Assembly: GCF_000025925.1 (NCBI RefSeq)
Contig: NC_014033.1
Coordinates: forward strand, 510,001 to 542,000
Reading direction: 5' to 3'
DNA length: 32,000 nucleotides
From: Xylanibacter ruminicola 23
GTDB lineage: Bacteria > Bacteroidota > Bacteroidia > Bacteroidales > Bacteroidaceae
Positions 28,631 through 32,000 of this stretch are shown piece by piece. The first letter of the stretch is position 1. Each line of letters begins with the position of its first letter. Both the position numbers and the translations under genes were made by a program. The notes beneath the pieces were generated by a model. The model had not been told where the DNA came from. It saw nothing but the letters and a program-made list of their open reading frames with translations, and ran no database searches.

Positions 28631-29578
28631 ATGATTGACGCAAATAAATATGCCATCAAGTGTTTTCAGGATGAGGCACAGGCGATATTAGATTTAATAC
28701 CGCTCTTGACGGATGATTTCTCCAAAGCGGTTAACCTTATATATAATTGTAAAGGACGCTTTGTTATTACGGGAGTTGGAAAGTCTGGCCATATCGGCGC
28801 CAAAATCGCCGCTACGTTGGCAAGTACAGGTACACCTTCGTTTTTCGTAAATCCATTGGACGCATTCCACGGTGATTTGGGTATGTTTACGTCCGATGAT
28901 GTAGTATTGGCAATCAGTAATTCTGGCAACACAGATGAACTACTAAGATTCATTCCGCTACTGTTAGAAAGAAACATTCCAATTATCGGAATGTCTGGAA
29001 ATCCGGAATCATTGTTAGCACAATACTCAACTTGTCATTTGAATATTAAAGTAAAACGTGAAGCAGATCCATTGAACCTCGCTCCGACTTCTTCAACAAC
29101 AGCTACGTTGGCAATGGGCGATGCTTTGGCATGTGCATTGATTGAAATACGTCATTTTCGCCCTGAGGATTTTGCACAGTTTCATCCTGGTGGAAGTCTC
29201 GGCAAACGGTTGTTGACAAAAGTGAAGAATGCTATGGTTTCAACAAATCTGCCTATAGTAACTCTTGATCAGAAGATTTCGGAGACCATTATTGAAATCA
29301 GTAAGACCAAACAAGGAATTGCTGTTGCCGTTGACAATGGTAAGATCGCCGGTGTTGTGACTGATGGTGATGTTCGTCGTGCTATGCAGAGCAAACAGGA
29401 TATATTTTTTGAGCTGACTGTTAAAGAAGTTATGTCATGTAATCCCAAGGTGGTCAGTGAGAATGCGAAATTATCTGATGCAGAGAAGATGATGCGTCAG
29501 TATAATATTCATTCATTAGTGGTTGTCAATGATACCCAAGAATTTGTTGGCATTATCGACGCATTTAGTTGTATGTAA
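28631..29578 (+). CDS. kpsF: Arabinose-5-phosphate isomerase (KpsF/KdsD; SIS domain + CBS pair)
   Basis: 315 aa. SIS motif ITGVGKSGHIGAKIAATLASTGTP, PGGSLG, and two CBS-like repeats at the C-terminus. Confidence 0.9.
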   Translation: MIDANKYAIKCFQDEAQAILDLIPLLTDDFSKAVNLIYNCKGRFVITGVGKSGHIGAKIAATLASTGTPSFFVNPLDAFHGDLGMFTSDDVVLAISNSGNTDELLRFIPLLLERNIPIIGMSGNPESLLAQYSTCHLNIKVKREADPLNLAPTSSTTATLAMGDALACALIEIRHFRPEDFAQFHPGGSLGKRLLTKVKNAMVSTNLPIVTLDQKISETIIEISKTKQGIAVAVDNGKIAGVVTDGDVRRAMQSKQDIFFELTVKEVMSCNPKVVSENAKLSDAEKMMRQYNIHSLVVVNDTQEFVGIIDAFSCM

Positions 29579-29592
29579 AAGTCAATACAAAT

Positions 29593-30243
29593 ATGAAAAC
29601 TGTAGCATTTGTTCCCATTCGTTTGAATAGTAAACGTGTGGTAGGTAAGAATTTGAAAATGTTGGGTGATAAACCCTTGATGTGTTATGTACTTGAAACT
29701 CTTGCAAAGGCAAAAGGAGTAGATGAAGTATACTGCTATTGCAGTAATGAGGATGTTATCAAATACCTCCCTGAAGGTGTTAAATTCTTAAAACGCCCAG
29801 AGTTCTTAGATAGGGATGAAACTTTGGGCAAGGAAATATACGAGGAGTTTACTAAGACTGTGGATGCTGATGTCTATATCCTTGCCCATACCACGTCTCC
29901 CTTCATGAAGGTTGAAACCTTTGAGAATGCCCTCGACAAAATAGAAAAAGATGATTATGATTCAGCCTTTTCTGCAGAGAAGATTCAAACTTTTGCTTGG
30001 TACAAGGGTAAAACATTGAACTATGATTTGAAGGAAATCCCACGTACCCAGACCATAGAACCTGTATATGTTGAGACTAGCGCGTTCTTTATGTTCAAAC
30101 GTGATGTATGGAAAGTACACAAGCAACGCATAGGTTTTAAGCCATATATGGCCCTTGTTGATAAGATTGAAGGAGTTGATATAGACTGGCCTGAGGATTT
30201 TGAATTCGCTGAAAAGATTCTGGAAACATATAAGGCAAAGTGA
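29593..30243 (+). CDS. CMP-ulosonic acid synthetase (cytidylyltransferase, NeuA/KdsB superfamily)
   Basis: MKTVAFVPIRLNSKRVVGKNLKMLGDKPL is the CTP_transf_3-type N-terminus. Start set at ATG 29593; the track start at 29569 overlaps kpsF. Confidence 0.75.
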   Translation: MKTVAFVPIRLNSKRVVGKNLKMLGDKPLMCYVLETLAKAKGVDEVYCYCSNEDVIKYLPEGVKFLKRPEFLDRDETLGKEIYEEFTKTVDADVYILAHTTSPFMKVETFENALDKIEKDDYDSAFSAEKIQTFAWYKGKTLNYDLKEIPRTQTIEPVYVETSAFFMFKRDVWKVHKQRIGFKPYMALVDKIEGVDIDWPEDFEFAEKILETYKAK

Positions 30244-31247
30244 TGAAACATCTCTTTTTCATACATTCTCATACGCTTTTCCTTACATCTATTGGTGTAG
30301 TTGATTATTTAAATCTTCCTCATAAAGATGTTTTGTTTGTATATTCACGAAATTACAAGACCACTATCCCGACAGATATTGAAAGTGTTGACATTAGCAA
30401 CCAAATGGAAGATACTTTTTACATAATGCTTAGCTGGTCGAGACGTAATTTTTTTTACAACAAAAAAATAAGAGATGATTTAGTTTCTTTTTTTGATGAT
30501 TTTGTACAAGAACACACTTCTGGCAGAGCATATAGGCTTTATATTCCACATTTGCAGCACCATGCTTTCCAAATAATGGCGACTAATCCGCGTTGTGATG
30601 AGATTTTTTTTATACAAGAGGGAGGGAGGGCTATGATACCTTTACAAACGGGCAAGATATCCTTCCTGAATGCAGTGTATAACAAATTGATACTGCATAA
30701 TGACTCGAGGGTATGGAAGTGTTCTAATTGGTTTCCTAACGAGCACACCCCCTATTCACGACCGGTAAAGGCTTTTGCCTTTGATAAAGACTACTTCTGC
30801 GATGCGCCAGAGCAGACAATCTTGGTAAAATGGCCTCATATTCCTATCAGTGTTAGCATAGACGAACAGCGTCCGTTTTTTCTTCTTGAAGGCGCTGTTG
30901 AATTGGGACAAGTTGAGGGAAATCTATACAATAATGCCGTAAAGGTCTTAATAAATGAATTTGCAGAATCAAAAAATTATATAAAATTTCATCCTGCTCA
31001 AAAGGCCGAAGCGAGACATTTGATTCTTAATATGTTTAAAGAAAAAAAATGTGAGGTAGAAGAACTTCCTATGGATATTCCTTTCGAATTGATTGTTGTC
31101 AACTTTCACAACCTTAAACTATATGGATTTGGTACGTCTTTGTTATTTTATGGAAAGTCTTTTGGGCATCATGTTGTGTCTCGCGAAAACTTATTAATGA
31201 AATCTAAAAGATACAGGATATATAGTAAAGGATTGGCAAAATTATAA
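30243..31247 (+). CDS. Putative ulosonic-acid (sialyl/Kdo-type) glycosyltransferase
   Basis: About 334 aa. Contains IQEGG and KFHPAQ, reminiscent of the D/E-D/E-G and HP motifs of bacterial sialyltransferase families GT38/52/80. TGATG overlap with the cytidylyltransferase stop. Weak assignment. Confidence 0.4.
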   Translation: MKHLFFIHSHTLFLTSIGVVDYLNLPHKDVLFVYSRNYKTTIPTDIESVDISNQMEDTFYIMLSWSRRNFFYNKKIRDDLVSFFDDFVQEHTSGRAYRLYIPHLQHHAFQIMATNPRCDEIFFIQEGGRAMIPLQTGKISFLNAVYNKLILHNDSRVWKCSNWFPNEHTPYSRPVKAFAFDKDYFCDAPEQTILVKWPHIPISVSIDEQRPFFLLEGAVELGQVEGNLYNNAVKVLINEFAESKNYIKFHPAQKAEARHLILNMFKEKKCEVEELPMDIPFELIVVNFHNLKLYGFGTSLLFYGKSFGHHVVSRENLLMKSKRYRIYSKGLAKL

Positions 31248-31251
31248 GGAT

Positions 31252-32000
31252 ATGAAAAGAATCGTGTTGATATGTTGTGTTTGGGGGTTCCTAAATTCGT
31301 GTATGGCAAAGAAAGAAAAAACACAAACTTTATTTGATAGTATCGAAAAACTATCCAATTCTTACGGCATATGTAGTCATATAACTAGAGATGGCGTGTT
31401 ATTTGACTTTGACACGAGAAACAATGAAAAGAAATTGATGGTTGACCTTGGCATAGATTATGTTCGTACGGATCTTGATTGGTATGTATGTCAACCTAAA
31501 GAAAATGATGCTTTTAACTATACACAGCATAAAGAGGCTTTGGATGTCATAGGAGATGATTTGAAAATATTGGGAATTTTAACACCATTTACTCCTCGAC
31601 GCACTTTAAATCAATGGGAGATATACGTAAAAGCAACTACTCGTAAGTTTAAAGATAGGGTTAATTGTTGGGAAATTGTAAATGAAGCAGATTTGGTTAA
31701 ATATAGAATAAAAGATTTTACTCCAGAGGAATATGTAAAAATGCTGAAAAGTGCCTATTCTATTGTTAAGAACAATTATCCCCAAAAAGATGTTGTATAC
31801 AGTGGGCTTTGTGATGTAAATTGCGGATTCTTTGAACGGACTATAGAATTAGGGGCTTCTCGTTATTTTGACATAATGAATATTCATAATTACGCTAATA
31901 AAGACAGAGAGCCAGAAAGGTTGATTCCCTATTTTAAGAAATTAAATGATTATTTTATAAGGTATAAGATAAATAAAAAGGTTTGGCTAACAGAAACTGG
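31252..32000 (+). CDS. Clan GH-A-like glycoside hydrolase lipoprotein (partial, continues beyond window end)
   Basis: Own translation from ATG 31252: MKRIVLICCVWGFLNSCMAKKEK... with lipobox LNSC. CWEIVNEAD is a candidate acid/base NE and VWLTETG a candidate nucleophile TE. No stop before 32000. Confidence 0.6.
   Translation, partial: MKRIVLICCVWGFLNSCMAKKEKTQTLFDSIEKLSNSYGICSHITRDGVLFDFDTRNNEKKLMVDLGIDYVRTDLDWYVCQPKENDAFNYTQHKEALDVIGDDLKILGILTPFTPRRTLNQWEIYVKATTRKFKDRVNCWEIVNEADLVKYRIKDFTPEEYVKMLKSAYSIVKNNYPQKDVVYSGLCDVNCGFFERTIELGASRYFDIMNIHNYANKDREPERLIPYFKKLNDYFIRYKINKKVWLTET

Noticed and set aside
30449-30611. Homopolymer tracts (T8 at 30449-30456, A7 at 30462-30468, T7 at 30488-30494, T8 at 30604-30611; also A8 at 26329-26336) as slipped-strand phase-variation switches.
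   Set aside because: The tracts are short and are A/T runs in a very AT-rich gene, where such runs are expected by composition. A single sequence gives no evidence of length variation.
14000-32000. Mobile element or defence island explaining the low-GC block.
   Set aside because: No integrase, transposase, tRNA attachment site, terminal repeats, or nuclease/helicase/defence-type genes were seen. The content is a coherent Wzx/Wzy polysaccharide locus, for which low GC is typical.

Overview
Bacteroidota-type chromosomal window, Prevotella/Bacteroides-like. This is an inference from three things: gene order matching the Bacteroides arabinose operon, a UpxY-type NusG paralog, and TTTG/TAnnTTTG promoter boxes. 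Positions 1-14 kb are entirely minus-strand core genes. They are partial araA, araD, a Nudix/NrtR-type AraR-like regulator, an SSS symporter and a lipoprotein mutarotase. Next come a galM-MFS-galK operon with a clear terminator, folC, dnaJ, grpE and a YbiT-like ABC-F ATPase. Positions 14-32 kb hold a plus-strand capsule/O-antigen-type polysaccharide locus. It opens with a consensus promoter and a ~310-nt hairpin-rich leader that ends in an intrinsic-terminator structure. A UpxY-like antiterminator and a cysteine-rich protein follow, then a 513-bp non-coding spacer carrying phased palindromes. The biosynthetic genes are manC, rfbF, rfbG, an SDR reductase/epimerase, an RmlC-like epimerase and a GT-A transferase. 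After these come Wzx, a GT1, Wzy, a GT2, an atypical HAD protein and a polytopic membrane protein. The locus ends with a Kdo-type cassette (kdsA, kpsF, a cytidylyltransferase, an HP-motif transferase) and a partial glycoside-hydrolase lipoprotein. I recognised no rRNA, tRNA, CRISPR array, transposase or integrase. No clearly new multi-gene system such as a defence island is evident. The items most worth a second look are the regulatory front end of the polysaccharide locus (leader RNA, extended UpxY, Cys-rich partner, three palindromes at 22-bp phasing) and a heptamer microsatellite filling three intergenic spacers. Also notable are an ABC-F protein with a fully degenerate second ATP site and the HAD (DxCxT)/membrane-protein pair. 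All family assignments are by eye from motifs; no searches or folding programs were run.
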